Shown here in pieces: positions 1-9,773 of a DNA stretch of 64,000 nucleotides (position 1 is its first letter; every line of letters begins with the position of its first letter). A program made the position numbers and the translations under genes. The notes below the pieces were generated by a model. The model searched no databases. It had not been told where the DNA came from and saw nothing but the letters and a program-made list of their open reading frames with translations. Source of the stretch: Chloroflexota bacterium (GTDB lineage Bacteria; Chloroflexota; Dehalococcoidia; E44-bin15); the NCBI GenBank assembly GCA_030604825.1, contig JAUVVB010000001.1, forward strand, positions 56,702 through 120,701. The letters run 5' to 3'.

Positions 1-161
1 ACCTGCCCACGGTTCGGGTGATTCACGGCAAGGGAACGGGCACCCTGCGCCAGGCGGTTCGAGAGGCACTGAAGAGCCACCCCCTGGTCAAATCCTTCCG
101 CCCCGCTGAGCTGGAGGAGGGAGGCGATGGTGCCACCGTAGTGGAGCTAGCAAACCACTGA
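1..161 (+). CDS. mutS2: 3' end of endonuclease MutS2 (C-terminal Smr domain); partial, enters from upstream of window
   Basis: Frame-3 translation ...[50 protein letters not shown] matches the Smr-domain C-terminus (HGKGTGxLR ... GGxGATxV); stop TGA at 159-161. Confidence 0.55.
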   Translation, partial: LPTVRVIHGKGTGTLRQAVREALKSHPLVKSFRPAELEEGGDGATVVELANH

Positions 162-162
162 T

Positions 163-654
163 ATGACGAGGATTCTGGTTATCTCCGATACCCACGCCAG
201 GAGCATGAGCGAGCTTCCCCAGGAGCTGGTGGAGGCGCTAGCCGAGGGGGACTGGGTGGTTCATTGTGGGGACTTTACCAGCATCGATGTGCTGATGGGG
301 TTGCGCCAGATATCAAGGCGTTTCGTCGCGGTTTATGGCAATGTTGACCCCAGGGAGATTCGAGAGGAGCTACCCCAAAAGGCAACCTTTGAAGTGGAGG
401 GGAAGAGGATAGGGGTCATCCACCCCCCTTGGGGCGGTGCCCCCTTCGGCATAGAGGAAAGAATCGCCGGCGAGTTCTCCGACGTTGATGTCATCCTCTT
501 CGGCCACACCCACGACATCACCCAGAAGGAGATTGGCGGCGTCTTATTCCTGAACCCAGGCCAGGCCTATCCCGCCTTTCGCACCCCAGCCTCCATGGCC
601 ATCCTCACCATCGGGCAAGAAGGAATAGATGTGGAGATAAGGACGTTTGAATAG
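163..654 (+). CDS. metallophosphoesterase, MJ0936/YfcE-like phosphodiesterase
   Basis: 163-aa ORF with calcineurin-like motifs ISDTH, GDF, GNVD, GHTHD; ATG 2 bp after the mutS2 stop. Confidence 0.75.
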   Translation: MTRILVISDTHARSMSELPQELVEALAEGDWVVHCGDFTSIDVLMGLRQISRRFVAVYGNVDPREIREELPQKATFEVEGKRIGVIHPPWGGAPFGIEERIAGEFSDVDVILFGHTHDITQKEIGGVLFLNPGQAYPAFRTPASMAILTIGQEGIDVEIRTFE

Positions 655-659
655 GCTGA

Positions 660-3029
660 TCACCTCCCCGCCTCCACCCAAAGCCTTTCCCCATCAGTGG
701 TGAAGCTTATGGTTCCGTCCTCGGAGGTGAGATAGACCATTTCCTCGCCGAGCCTCTCTTTGAGCCTGTCCATGACCTCAGCGCTGGGGAGACCGAAGCG
801 GTTATCAGCGCCCACGGAGACCACCGCTACCTGTGGGGAGACGGCGGCCAAAAACTCAGGGCCGGTGGAGGTGTCCGAGCCGTGATGCCCCACCTTAAGC
901 ACTGTGCTCCTCAGCTCAAACCCCTGATCCAATAGATATTGCTCCCCATCCCCAAAGACGTCCGCCGTCAATAGGAAGCTGACATCCCCCATAGCCAGGC
1001 GCAGCACCACCCCGTTGTTATTGATATCCGAATCGGTGCCCTCAAAGAATTCCTGGGGCGGGTTTAGCACCTCTATCGTCGCCCCGCCGCCAAGTTCGAT
1101 CCGCTGCCCCGCCTGGGCCTGGGTGCGCTCGATCCCCTCCTCCTCGATGATGTCCAGCCACTCATCATATGGGTAAGCGGTGTGGGGGAAACATGGCTCC
1201 AACACCTCGCCTACCTCATAGCGACGAAGCACCTCCACCAGCCCGCTGACATGGTCAGCCTCGGGATGGGTGAGCACCACCAGGTCAATGCTCCTCTCCC
1301 AGTAGGGGAGCTCCTCTCCCAGCCTGAGCATGATCTGCTCCGGGCTTGGCCCGCCATCAACCAGGATATGATGACCTGATGGCGTGGTAATAAGGATGGC
1401 ATCCCCCTGCCCCACATCCAGGAAGCTGACGCTGAGCCTGCCCCCTGAAGGGGCTACCACTACAGCAACCCAGACAAGGATGGCAATGATCAGGAGTGGA
1501 AACAGGACCCATCTTGCAGACAACCTATGAGAGATGGAACCCAGCCCTCCAGCAGCCCTTCGGAAACCGGCCCCAATGCTCAAAAAGACCTCCTTCCTGC
1601 CCAGCCAGAGGGCTGCTCCAAAGAGGATGTAATATGCCAAGACCAGGTAGATTTCCATCCTGCCCACCGCCACCGATGAATAGGGCAGGGCGGCAAACAG
1701 CCCCACAATGCCGGTCATATATGCCAGGAAGAGCCAGCCCACCCAGCCGATTACCTGGGCCAGGGGAAGGGCAAACAGCCCGATAAGTCCCACCAGGGCT
1801 GAGATGACGATGACGGCAGGAAGCGCGGGCAGGGCAAGGAAGGTGGCGGGCAGGCCCACCAGGGAGACATATCCGAAGTAGTAGGCAACGAGGGGAAGCG
1901 TGGCCAGGATAGCTGCCAGGGTAAAGGAGAAGCTATCGACCAGGATGTTTGGCGCCCTCGCCCTTGCTCCCCACCCCTGGAATATGGGGGCCAGAAATAT
2001 GATCCCCGTCACCGCGGCGAAGCTCAATTGGAAGCTGACGCTCCACAAAATCTGGGGACTGATGGCCACCATCAGCGCCGCGGCAAAGGCAAGGGCGGTT
2101 ATCATGGTGCGCTGTCGGCCAAGATAGGCACCGAGGAGAAAAACGCTGACCATGATGGCGGCGCGCATCACCGAGGGGGACATCCCGGCAAGAATGGCAT
2201 AGAGCCACAGGGTGCTCAGCGCCACCAGGAAGTAGGTGGGCCTCCGCCTGCCAAAGACGGATACCGAGATGCTGAGCAGAATGCCAGCGATTATGGCCAG
2301 GTGAAGCCCGGAGATGGCAAGGATATGAGCCGTCCCTGACCGCTGAAAGTCCTGATACAGGGATGATGGGATATTGCCCCGCAGGCCAAGGAGGAGGGCC
2401 TGCGCCACAGCGCCCTGGGGCTCGGAAAGGGATGCCGCCAAAGATTCGGACATCCGTTCCCTGAAGGAATAGAGCCACTGAAGCGGCTTCGACCCGTGCC
2501 CGCCCTCCAGGAACTGGACATCGGGATAATAGAGCGTGGTGTAGATCCCTTGACGGGCGAGGTGTGCCCGGTAGTCGAAATCGCCAAGCTGGGGTGGCTC
2601 CTCCAGCTCACCCCTCACCCTCAGCATATCCCCGTAGTGATAAAGGGGGAACCTTGCGGTGCGCACCAGGATAACCCCAGATACCTCCTCCCATTCCCCC
2701 TCCACCCCTATCTCCCTGGCCGAGAGGTGAAAGGTGGTGGATGAATCCCTGGGCTCAGGCTCCTCATCCACCACCCCGATGACCTCCACCGTCTGCCATC
2801 TATATTGCTGGAGCTCATCCCCGGTGGGCACGGCCTGAAAGCGGAGGCCGCCGCAGAGGAAGATGGCGAGGCATAGCCCACACAGGAGGAAGGCTTGCTT
2901 CCGGCGCAAGATGAGGGCGAGGAGGAAGGCGGCGAATATAAGGGGTAAGGCGACCTCTAACGGTAGGAACAGCCGGGAGCCAAGATAGATGCCGGCAACA
3001 AAGGCGATGCTGAGATAGACCAGCGCCAT
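660..3029 (-). CDS. comEC: DNA internalization competence protein ComEC/Rec2 (polytopic membrane domain + C-terminal metallo-beta-lactamase)
   Basis: 789 aa; many TM helices in the N-terminal two-thirds; C-terminal HxHxDH-type lactamase fold (LTHPEADHVSGL, VGHHGS). Confidence 0.85.
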   Translation of the reverse strand: MALVYLSIAFVAGIYLGSRLFLPLEVALPLIFAAFLLALILRRKQAFLLCGLCLAIFLCGGLRFQAVPTGDELQQYRWQTVEVIGVVDEEPEPRDSSTTFHLSAREIGVEGEWEEVSGVILVRTARFPLYHYGDMLRVRGELEEPPQLGDFDYRAHLARQGIYTTLYYPDVQFLEGGHGSKPLQWLYSFRERMSESLAASLSEPQGAVAQALLLGLRGNIPSSLYQDFQRSGTAHILAISGLHLAIIAGILLSISVSVFGRRRPTYFLVALSTLWLYAILAGMSPSVMRAAIMVSVFLLGAYLGRQRTMITALAFAAALMVAISPQILWSVSFQLSFAAVTGIIFLAPIFQGWGARARAPNILVDSFSFTLAAILATLPLVAYYFGYVSLVGLPATFLALPALPAVIVISALVGLIGLFALPLAQVIGWVGWLFLAYMTGIVGLFAALPYSSVAVGRMEIYLVLAYYILFGAALWLGRKEVFLSIGAGFRRAAGGLGSISHRLSARWVLFPLLIIAILVWVAVVVAPSGGRLSVSFLDVGQGDAILITTPSGHHILVDGGPSPEQIMLRLGEELPYWERSIDLVVLTHPEADHVSGLVEVLRRYEVGEVLEPCFPHTAYPYDEWLDIIEEEGIERTQAQAGQRIELGGGATIEVLNPPQEFFEGTDSDINNNGVVLRLAMGDVSFLLTADVFGDGEQYLLDQGFELRSTVLKVGHHGSDTSTGPEFLAAVSPQVAVVSVGADNRFGLPSAEVMDRLKERLGEEMVYLTSEDGTISFTTDGERLWVEAGR

Positions 3030-3050
3030 TTCCCGACCTTTTTCGCCCTA

Positions 3051-3584
3051 CTACTCCACGATGATGAGGTCTTTCAGCTTGTTGTAGGTCCCCTCTCCTA
3101 TCCCCTCCACCTCCATCAGGTCCTCAACCCGGTTAAAAGGGCCATTCTGTTTGCGGTAATCCACGATCCGCTGCGCCAAAGTGGGGCCGATTCCGGGCAG
3201 GACTTCCAGCAGCCAGACATCGGCGGTATTGATATTTACCCTCTGCGGTACATCGCCCAGGCGGGGGACATGGATCAGGTCGCCGTTGCTTAAAGGGGCA
3301 GTGAGGTTTAAGGCACCCCGGTCGGCATCATTGGTAAATCCACCCGCCGCCTCCACAGCATCCCGGATGGAAAGAGAGCAGCCCTCAAGGGTATAAATGC
3401 CCGGGCTTTCCACCTCGCCGATAACGCCGAAGGTGACCTGGCAGGATGGCGCCAAGGTCACGATCTGCAGCGGCTGTTTCCCCCAGGGGTGCTTATAGAA
3501 AAGAACCACCCCTCCGCCGGCGATGACGGCGATCAGAAAAATGACGATGATTGCCTTATACCTTTCAAGCCACCCTTTCAGCAT
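3051..3584 (-). CDS. comEA: competence protein ComEA (SLBB + tandem helix-hairpin-helix DNA-binding)
   Basis: 177 aa; N-terminal TM; VNINTA...LPGIGPTLAQRIVDYRKQNGPFNRVEDLMEVEGIGEGTYNKL HhH motif; immediately upstream of comEC on the same strand. Confidence 0.8.
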   Translation of the reverse strand: MLKGWLERYKAIIVIFLIAVIAGGGVVLFYKHPWGKQPLQIVTLAPSCQVTFGVIGEVESPGIYTLEGCSLSIRDAVEAAGGFTNDADRGALNLTAPLSNGDLIHVPRLGDVPQRVNINTADVWLLEVLPGIGPTLAQRIVDYRKQNGPFNRVEDLMEVEGIGEGTYNKLKDLIIVE

Positions 3585-3797
3585 GGCCCTCTCCTTCTAG
3601 CATAAAGATGCTGGCCAAATAGGCCAGCACGAAAGCAAAAAACTTAACCTAAGCATATGGCCGGTCCTCCATCTCCGATTTCCCTTTGCCTCCATCACCT
3701 CCCCACCCAAAACCGTACGTGAGCTTAGGGTAATCCTGACCTAACAGGCGCGAGCTGCCCACAGCGGACAGGCAGCACAGTCGTGTCTAATCAGAAC

Positions 3798-4442
3798 CTA
3801 TGGAGCAGTGACTACAATGTTATCAAAGGCAACTTCAGAGAATGTGCCCGCCAACGAACTAACGCCCAAGCAGATATCGCCACCGTGTAAGCGGGCATCG
3901 GTAACCTCCACTAGCAAATGCCCGTTGACTGACAGGCTGAGGGTGCTACCCACACACTCAACACGGACTCGGTTGGTAGCGTTTCGCCCCTGCAGGATAT
4001 GAATCGAGGACGTGGGCTCAACTAAGACGTGCCGCGAGCCTTGGATCCAAGCTAATATCCCGTAGTAGCCGTCAGCACTGATGTCGAAGTCGTAGTAATT
4101 GTCATCGAGATATCGGCACACTATTTGATGCCAATTGTCATCGGTGCCTGCGACTAGTTTCGTCTCTACCTCTAGGATGAAATCTGTGAAATGCTGGTGG
4201 GCGCAGGAATAGGTGGCAAATCCGGCAGCGGTGTAGGTGGTTACATGTAGCCAGCCTCCTTCATAGGAGGCCCGCCCGTCCTCATCAGCGAAGGTATCCC
4301 ACCCGCTAGTGCTACTGCTGAAGTCATCCGAATATGGCAGTTGCGTCGGTGTCGCTTCCTCTTCTGCGCCTCCCTCACAGGCGAACGTTGATAACAGCAG
4401 CATGGCCAAAAGCGTCAATACAATGAGTTTCTTGGCTTTCAT
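3798..4442 (-). CDS. secreted/lipoprotein of unknown function (paralog family A, member 1)
   Basis: Signal peptide MKAKKLIVLTLLAMLLLSTFAC; shares the C-terminal motif AFDNIVV with ORFs 4532-5119 and 9774-10391. Confidence 0.5.
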   Translation of the reverse strand: MKAKKLIVLTLLAMLLLSTFACEGGAEEEATPTQLPYSDDFSSSTSGWDTFADEDGRASYEGGWLHVTTYTAAGFATYSCAHQHFTDFILEVETKLVAGTDDNWHQIVCRYLDDNYYDFDISADGYYGILAWIQGSRHVLVEPTSSIHILQGRNATNRVRVECVGSTLSLSVNGHLLVEVTDARLHGGDICLGVSSLAGTFSEVAFDNIVVTAP

Positions 4443-4531
4443 TCCCCGCCTCTTTTCGTTGCCAGCACTGAGGCCAGCGCATATCTTTGGCAGTTTATCT
4501 GCCTCATTCCCGCCAACCCCATGCAGCCAGC

Positions 4532-5119
4532 CTAATCCAACAGGCGGAAGCTGCCCACTACTATGTCAAAGGCGGCTTCATAGTCCTTCCAGCGCTCGGG
4601 TGCGCACTCACTGGTGATAGTCCAGGCAGTGGTGCCTGCTACTACATAAACTCGCATCACCTTGATGATGGCCCCCTCGGCTCCCTCCAAAAGGAGAAAG
4701 GTATACACGTGTTTGATTGCTGCCCTGCCGCCTATGGTCAGCCCCTCTTCAGATAGGGAATTGTATTCATCAAGCTGCGCCAACTCTTGCTTTGCTTCTC
4801 CAAAGTAGGTGCTGAGGCTCATGGGGGAGGGGAGCTCCTCGTTGGCTACCTTGAAGCTGGCCACCGTGCCCCCGCAGACAGGACATCGCCGAAAACAAAT
4901 GAGAGCCCCCTGCCATAGCTCCTGTGCCGGTTTCTCCCACTCCTCAGGGTACCAGATGGAAAAGCCATTATCCTCATCAGTGTAGACATCATACCCTGCC
5001 AGCGGGGTCGGCGTGGGTGCAGGCGTGGGCGTTGCTGCTGGGCTGCCTTCAGCGCAGCCAAAGCCCGATAGCAACAAGATGCCCAAAACCACGATTGCCA
5101 CCAAGCTCTTGGCTCTCAT
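4532..5119 (-). CDS. lipoprotein of unknown function with Pro/Thr linker (paralog family A, member 2)
   Basis: Probable start at internal Met (MRAKSLVAIVVLGILLLSGFGC); PT-repeat linker then YPEEWEK...FDIVVGSFRLLD*; the track ORF begins 20 codons earlier. Confidence 0.5.
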   Translation of the reverse strand: MRAKSLVAIVVLGILLLSGFGCAEGSPAATPTPAPTPTPLAGYDVYTDEDNGFSIWYPEEWEKPAQELWQGALICFRRCPVCGGTVASFKVANEELPSPMSLSTYFGEAKQELAQLDEYNSLSEEGLTIGGRAAIKHVYTFLLLEGAEGAIIKVMRVYVVAGTTAWTITSECAPERWKDYEAAFDIVVGSFRLLD

Positions 5120-5264
5120 CCTAACACCCCAGGTCGCCAGCACGAGGTCTGGTGCCCAATATGCTACTAGCCCTATCACCCCCTGTCAACCCGCCAGATA
5201 TGGGGCTTGTTTTTCAAAGCCAGGCTGTTTTATAATAAGGCAACATCTGGGGGAGGAGACTTGG

Positions 5265-6197
5265 ATGGAGCCTTATGCCTTTTTCAGCAAGAAACTCGTG
5301 CCCCTCTCCGAGGCCAAGATCGGCATAATGACCCACGCCTTTAACTATGGCACCGCCTGCTTCGAGGGCATCAGGGGCAACTGGAATACTGATGAGGAGC
5401 AGATATATCTCTTTCGCACCAAGGACCACTATCAAAGGCTGCTCAACAATTGCCGCATATTAAAGATCAGCATCCCCTATACCATCGATGAGCTATGTCA
5501 GCTTACGGTGGAGCTGGTGGAGAAGAACGGCTATCGGGAGGACATCTATGTTCGCCCCATAGCTTATAAGAGCTCCCACGTCGTGGGGGTAAGGCTCCAC
5601 GACCTGGAGGACGATTTCCTCATCTTCGTCACCCCCTTCGGCGACTACCTGGATGTGACCAAGGGGATAAGGTGCGGCGTCTCCTCGTGGCGCCGCATCG
5701 ACGATACCATGATCCCGCCCCGCGCCAAGATCACCGGGCTCTATGTGAATAGCGCCCTGGCAAAGACGGAGGCCATGGAGAATGGCTTCGATGAGGCTAT
5801 CATGCTCACCCATGATGGGCATGTTTCCGAGGGCAGCGGAGAGAACATCTTCCTGGTGATGGGGGGGAAGCTGGTCACCCCGCCCTCCTCCGATAACATC
5901 CTCATGGGGATCACCCGCGATACGGTGATCAAGCTGGCAAGCTGGGAGCTGGGCATCGAGACCATAGAAAGGCAGATCGACAGAAGCGAGCTCTACACCG
6001 CCGAGGAATGCTTCCTCACCGGCACGGCAGCCCATGTCACCCCGGTGCGTGAGATCGACCACCGCAAGGTGGGAAACGGCGAGGTGGGCGGGATAACCAA
6101 AAAGCTTCAGGATTTATACTTCGACGTGGTGCGGGGCAGGAGCAAGAAATACCTCGATTGGTGCACCCCTGCCTACACCAAGCGGGTTAAGGCGTAA
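5265..6197 (+). CDS. ilvE: branched-chain amino acid aminotransferase (class IV PLP aminotransferase)
   Basis: MEPYAFFSKKLVPLSEAKIGIMTHAFNYGTACFEGIRGNW...; start moved to ATG 5265 behind a GGGGGAGGAG RBS; the track ORF from 5013 is an upstream frame extension. Confidence 0.8.
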   Translation: MEPYAFFSKKLVPLSEAKIGIMTHAFNYGTACFEGIRGNWNTDEEQIYLFRTKDHYQRLLNNCRILKISIPYTIDELCQLTVELVEKNGYREDIYVRPIAYKSSHVVGVRLHDLEDDFLIFVTPFGDYLDVTKGIRCGVSSWRRIDDTMIPPRAKITGLYVNSALAKTEAMENGFDEAIMLTHDGHVSEGSGENIFLVMGGKLVTPPSSDNILMGITRDTVIKLASWELGIETIERQIDRSELYTAEECFLTGTAAHVTPVREIDHRKVGNGEVGGITKKLQDLYFDVVRGRSKKYLDWCTPAYTKRVKA

Positions 6198-6221
6198 GAA
6201 TAAGAAAAGGAGTCTGGGGGG

Positions 6222-6812
6222 ATGATCTGGAGTTCCATCCTTGTGGTTATTATGGGCTACCTTCTGGGCAGCTTTCCCACCGCCTACATCGTCGGTCGCC
6301 TGATGAGGGGGGTGGACATAAGGGAGCTGGGCGATGGCAATATGGGAGCCGCCAACACATGGCGCGAGTTGGGTGCCAGGGCAGGTATCACCGTAGGCAT
6401 AGTGGATATAGGCAAGGGGGCAGCAGCGCTCCTCATCGCCAGAGCGATAGGCGTTCCCCTTCCTGTCATCCTGCTCACCGGGCTGGCGGTGGTGGCAGGA
6501 CACAACTGGCCCATCCTCCTCAAATTCAGGGGGGGCCGGGGAGAGGCCACCACCATCGGGGTTTTGTCCACCATGCTCCCCTATGAGATGCTCATCCTTT
6601 TTGGGGTGGCCTTGATACCCTTTGCCATCACCCGTAATGTCGTCATCGCCTCCGCCTTCCTCTTTTCCCCACTGCCCCTGGTGGCCTGGTGGTTCGGGGC
6701 ACCGGGGGTGCTCATCGCCTATTGTATTGCCCTCCCCTGCCTGGTGGGCTTCACCCATTACATCACCACCAGACACGCTCCAGCCAAGCTCAAAGAAAGG
6801 GGTAATGGATAG
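6222..6812 (+). CDS. plsY: glycerol-3-phosphate acyltransferase PlsY
   Basis: 196-aa membrane protein; GSFPTAYIVGRL, GDGNMGAANTWRELG, AGHNWP motifs. Confidence 0.85.
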   Translation: MIWSSILVVIMGYLLGSFPTAYIVGRLMRGVDIRELGDGNMGAANTWRELGARAGITVGIVDIGKGAAALLIARAIGVPLPVILLTGLAVVAGHNWPILLKFRGGRGEATTIGVLSTMLPYEMLILFGVALIPFAITRNVVIASAFLFSPLPLVAWWFGAPGVLIAYCIALPCLVGFTHYITTRHAPAKLKERGNG

Positions 6813-6815
6813 AAG

Positions 6816-7223
6816 GTGGCGAGACTCCTTCTGGAGTACCTCATCCTCGCTTTCGTCTCATGCTTGGGGCTATTTCAGCTGATAGCGGTTCGGGAGGGGC
6901 TTCACGGAATATCCTTCTTCAACAGGGCCATCTGGGGGTATCTCTTCGCCGCCCTCACCATAGGCGGGTCCCTCTCCTGGTTCTTCGCCGTTGAGAATCG
7001 CCTGGTCCCCGGCCTGGTCGGTCCCCAGGTGTTCGCCCTGCTTATCGCTGCCTTCTTCCTCGCCCTGGTAATCACCCTTTCCCTCTCCTCATTGATAAAG
7101 AGGAGGAGCCTCTCCAGGCAGGACAATCCTGAGCCGGGGATCGACGCCCTGAGGAGGATGACCTACTTTCAGGCCATTGCTCACCAGCTGAGAAGGGGGA
7201 AAAAGGATGGTCTCCGCCGATAG
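6816..7223 (+). CDS. hypothetical membrane protein (3-4 TM)
   Basis: 135-aa hydrophobic ORF packed between plsY and the PAP2 gene; no recognisable motif. Confidence 0.4.
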   Translation: MARLLLEYLILAFVSCLGLFQLIAVREGLHGISFFNRAIWGYLFAALTIGGSLSWFFAVENRLVPGLVGPQVFALLIAAFFLALVITLSLSSLIKRRSLSRQDNPEPGIDALRRMTYFQAIAHQLRRGKKDGLRR

Positions 7224-7794
7224 CACCCTCTTCTTCTGGATAAATGGCCTTGCCGGAAAGGTCCCCGTCATCGATAGCATCGTGAGATTCATAGCGAATG
7301 ACTACTTTATCCCCCTGATCATGGCCCTCACAGTGCTCGCCTTATGGTTCAGCGGGCGAAATCCCGAGGAGAGGGAGCGAAACCAGAGGACGGTTTGGGC
7401 TGCCCTGATTGCCGCCGGCTTCGCCTGCCTCGCTGTGGAGATATGTAACCTCTTCTTCGACCGCCCTCGACCCTTCGAGATGTACCCCGGAGCCGTCCAA
7501 TTGCTTTTCTACCCCCCCGCCGATCCCTCCTTCCCCAGCAATATGGCAGCGGTGACCTTCGGCTTCGCCGCAGGCACATGGCTGGGAAATCGCAGGGTGG
7601 GGTGGTTCCTGCTCATCCCTGCCATCCTCGTCTGCTTCGCCCGGGTTTATGTAGGGGTGCACTTCCCCCTGGACATACTGGGAGGGGCAGTGATCGGCAT
7701 TGGGATGGGCTTTTTTGCCCTCCTCGTTCTGCGCATCGCCGAGCCCATCCCCACCCTGATTCTCAAGCTGATGAGAAGGCTTTATCTGGCCTAG
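7207..7794 (+). CDS. PAP2-family lipid phosphatase (possible undecaprenyl-PP/phosphatidylglycerophosphate phosphatase)
   Basis: 195 aa; PAP2 motifs RPRPF ... PSFPSNMAAV ... GVHFPLDILGG. Confidence 0.7.
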   Translation: MVSADSTLFFWINGLAGKVPVIDSIVRFIANDYFIPLIMALTVLALWFSGRNPEERERNQRTVWAALIAAGFACLAVEICNLFFDRPRPFEMYPGAVQLLFYPPADPSFPSNMAAVTFGFAAGTWLGNRRVGWFLLIPAILVCFARVYVGVHFPLDILGGAVIGIGMGFFALLVLRIAEPIPTLILKLMRRLYLA

Positions 7795-7879
7795 CCTTTT
7801 TCGACCTGGGGGCCTCACTTTCACCCACTCCAATTTGGTGATAGAATAGGTTTGTCATCGTTGCCAAAGGGGCCAAGGA

Positions 7880-8878
7880 TTGAAAAGGCATATCATCGAG
7901 GTCGAAAATCTGGTGAAGAGGTTCGGCGACCTGGTCGCTGTGGACGACATCAGCTTTAACGTGGAGGAGGGGGAGATCTTTGGCTTCCTCGGCCCCAACG
8001 GGGCGGGGAAAACAACCACCATCAATGTCCTCTGCACCCTGTTTAAGCCCACCTCGGGAAGGGCTCGCCTCGCTGGCTTCGATGTGGTGCGCCAGCAGAA
8101 CCAGGTGCGCCGCTCCATCGGGCTGGTTTTCCAGGACCCCAGCCTGGACCTAAGGCTCAACGCGCTTCAAAATCTCAACTTCCACGCCTACGTTTATGGT
8201 GTCCCCCGGGCGGTGAGGAAGAAAAGGATCGAGGAGGTGCTGAGGATGGTGGAGCTCTGGGATAGGCGCAGGGAGGAGGTGAGAAACTTCTCCGGGGGGA
8301 TGAGGCGCCGCCTGGAGATCGCCCGCGGACTGCTTCACTATCCCAAGGTTCTCTTCCTGGATGAGCCCACCCTGGGCCTTGACCCCCAGACCCGGCACCA
8401 CATCTGGGATTATATCCTCCATCTCAGGAAAAGGGAGAGCATCACCATCTTCCTCACCACCCATTACATGGATGAGGCCGGCGTTGCCGACCGTATTGCC
8501 ATCATCGATTATGGCAAGATCGTGGCCCTGGATACCCCTGATGCCCTGAAGAGGATGATCGGCGGCGACATCATCACCCTGAAGACGGAAAATGCTGAGG
8601 CGGCAATGGCAGAGATTCGCCACCAGTTCGGCATCGAGGCCCAAAAAGATAGCCAGGGGGTCTTCTTCGAGGTTCCCAATGGGGAGGAGTTCATCCCCCT
8701 CCTGGTGAACAACTTCAAAACCGATCTCCACAGCATCAGCATGCGCCGCCCCACCCTGGACGATGTCTTCCTCAAACTCACCGGGCGTGAGATCCGCGAG
8801 GAAGCTGGGGGAGAGGCGGCGATGAGGAGACAGTGGGCCATGTATCAGGCGCGGGATCACAGGGGAAGGTTTGGATGA
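7880..8878 (+). CDS. ABC transporter ATP-binding protein (ABC-2 exporter type)
   Basis: Walker A GPNGAGKTT, signature FSGGMRRRLEIA, Walker B LFLDEPTLGLD. Confidence 0.85.
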   Translation: MKRHIIEVENLVKRFGDLVAVDDISFNVEEGEIFGFLGPNGAGKTTTINVLCTLFKPTSGRARLAGFDVVRQQNQVRRSIGLVFQDPSLDLRLNALQNLNFHAYVYGVPRAVRKKRIEEVLRMVELWDRRREEVRNFSGGMRRRLEIARGLLHYPKVLFLDEPTLGLDPQTRHHIWDYILHLRKRESITIFLTTHYMDEAGVADRIAIIDYGKIVALDTPDALKRMIGGDIITLKTENAEAAMAEIRHQFGIEAQKDSQGVFFEVPNGEEFIPLLVNNFKTDLHSISMRRPTLDDVFLKLTGREIREEAGGEAAMRRQWAMYQARDHRGRFG

Positions 8879-9675
8879 GCAACCTGAGGGCAATATACAT
8901 CATCTGGTATCGCGACCTGCTTCGCTTCTGGCGGGATAAGGCACGACTTTTCTCCAGCTTTGTTATGCCCTTCCTGTTTCTGGTCATCTTCGGCACCGGG
9001 CTCAGCGCCAGCATGCTCCTCCTGGGAAGGGGAACCGAGGAGGCAGGCTACAACTACATCCAGTTTCTCTTCCCCGGGATTGTGGGCATGATCGTCCTCT
9101 TCACCGCCGTCATGTGGGGGGTTTCCATCGTCTGGGACCGGGAATTCGGCTTCCTCAAAGAGATCCTGGTGGCGCCTATAAGCCGCGCCGCAGTGGCCAT
9201 GGGCAAGACCCTGGGCGGCGCCACCATCGCCACCGTTCAGGGAACGGTGATGCTGGTATTTGCCCCCTTCGTTGGCGTCAGCCTATCGGTGTCCCAGGTG
9301 CTGCTGCTCATAGTGCTGATGTTCGTCTTCGCCTGCTCCATCACCGCCATGGGAATCCTCATCGCCTCCCGGATAAAGACCATGGAGGCCTTCCAGGTAG
9401 TGATGCAGCTCCTCCTTTTCCCCCTCTTCTTCCTCTCGCCGGCCCGATTCCCGGTGCAGAACCTGCCCTCCTGGCTGGGCACCTTGGTCAGAATAAACCC
9501 CGTTTCCTATGGGATCGATTCCTTTCGCCAGTCGATACTAGAGCCGACGTCGGCGAACTTCGGCATCAACCTCTTTGGTCACCCCATGTCCATTGCCGAG
9601 GACATCCTGCTGGTGGCCCTCTTTGGACTGGTTATGGTTTTGCTTGCCGTATGGTCCTTCAGCACCCAGGAGTGA
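8875..9675 (+). CDS. ABC-2 family transporter permease
   Basis: Start ATG 8875 (ATGA overlap with the ATPase stop); 6 TM helices; MSNLRAIYIIWYRDLLRFWRDK... typical ABC-2 N-terminus. Confidence 0.8.
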   Translation: MSNLRAIYIIWYRDLLRFWRDKARLFSSFVMPFLFLVIFGTGLSASMLLLGRGTEEAGYNYIQFLFPGIVGMIVLFTAVMWGVSIVWDREFGFLKEILVAPISRAAVAMGKTLGGATIATVQGTVMLVFAPFVGVSLSVSQVLLLIVLMFVFACSITAMGILIASRIKTMEAFQVVMQLLLFPLFFLSPARFPVQNLPSWLGTLVRINPVSYGIDSFRQSILEPTSANFGINLFGHPMSIAEDILLVALFGLVMVLLAVWSFSTQE

Positions 9676-9700
9676 CCTTTCGACCCGGGCGCTGCCATCA

Positions 9701-9737
9701 AGACAGAAAATGACGCCCCAAAGAGGGGCGTCATTTC
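9701..9737. terminator. bidirectional intrinsic terminator between convergent ABC permease (+) and lipoprotein (-) genes
   Basis: Perfect hairpin ATGACGCCCC-aaagag-GGGCGTCAT (9710-9734) flanked by an A-run (5') and TTT (3'); on the minus strand it is followed by TTTTCTGTCTT. Confidence 0.6.
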
Positions 9738-9773
9738 ATCCGCCCTCAGCTAAGAAAGCTGTTACGCAGCAAC

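Noticed and set aside
3612-3630. Hairpin GCTGGCC-aaata-GGCCAGC as a terminator
   Set aside because: It has no downstream U-tract on either strand (the T-run precedes it on the minus strand) and lies inside the comEA 5' leader. It may be a leader structure but not an intrinsic terminator.
5013-5264. N-terminal 84-codon extension of the ilvE ORF
   Set aside because: The extension is Pro/Ala-rich, has no homology to the aminotransferase family, and overlaps the 5' end of the convergent lipoprotein gene. An ATG with a strong GGGGGAGGAG RBS at 5265 gives a canonical-length BCAT.
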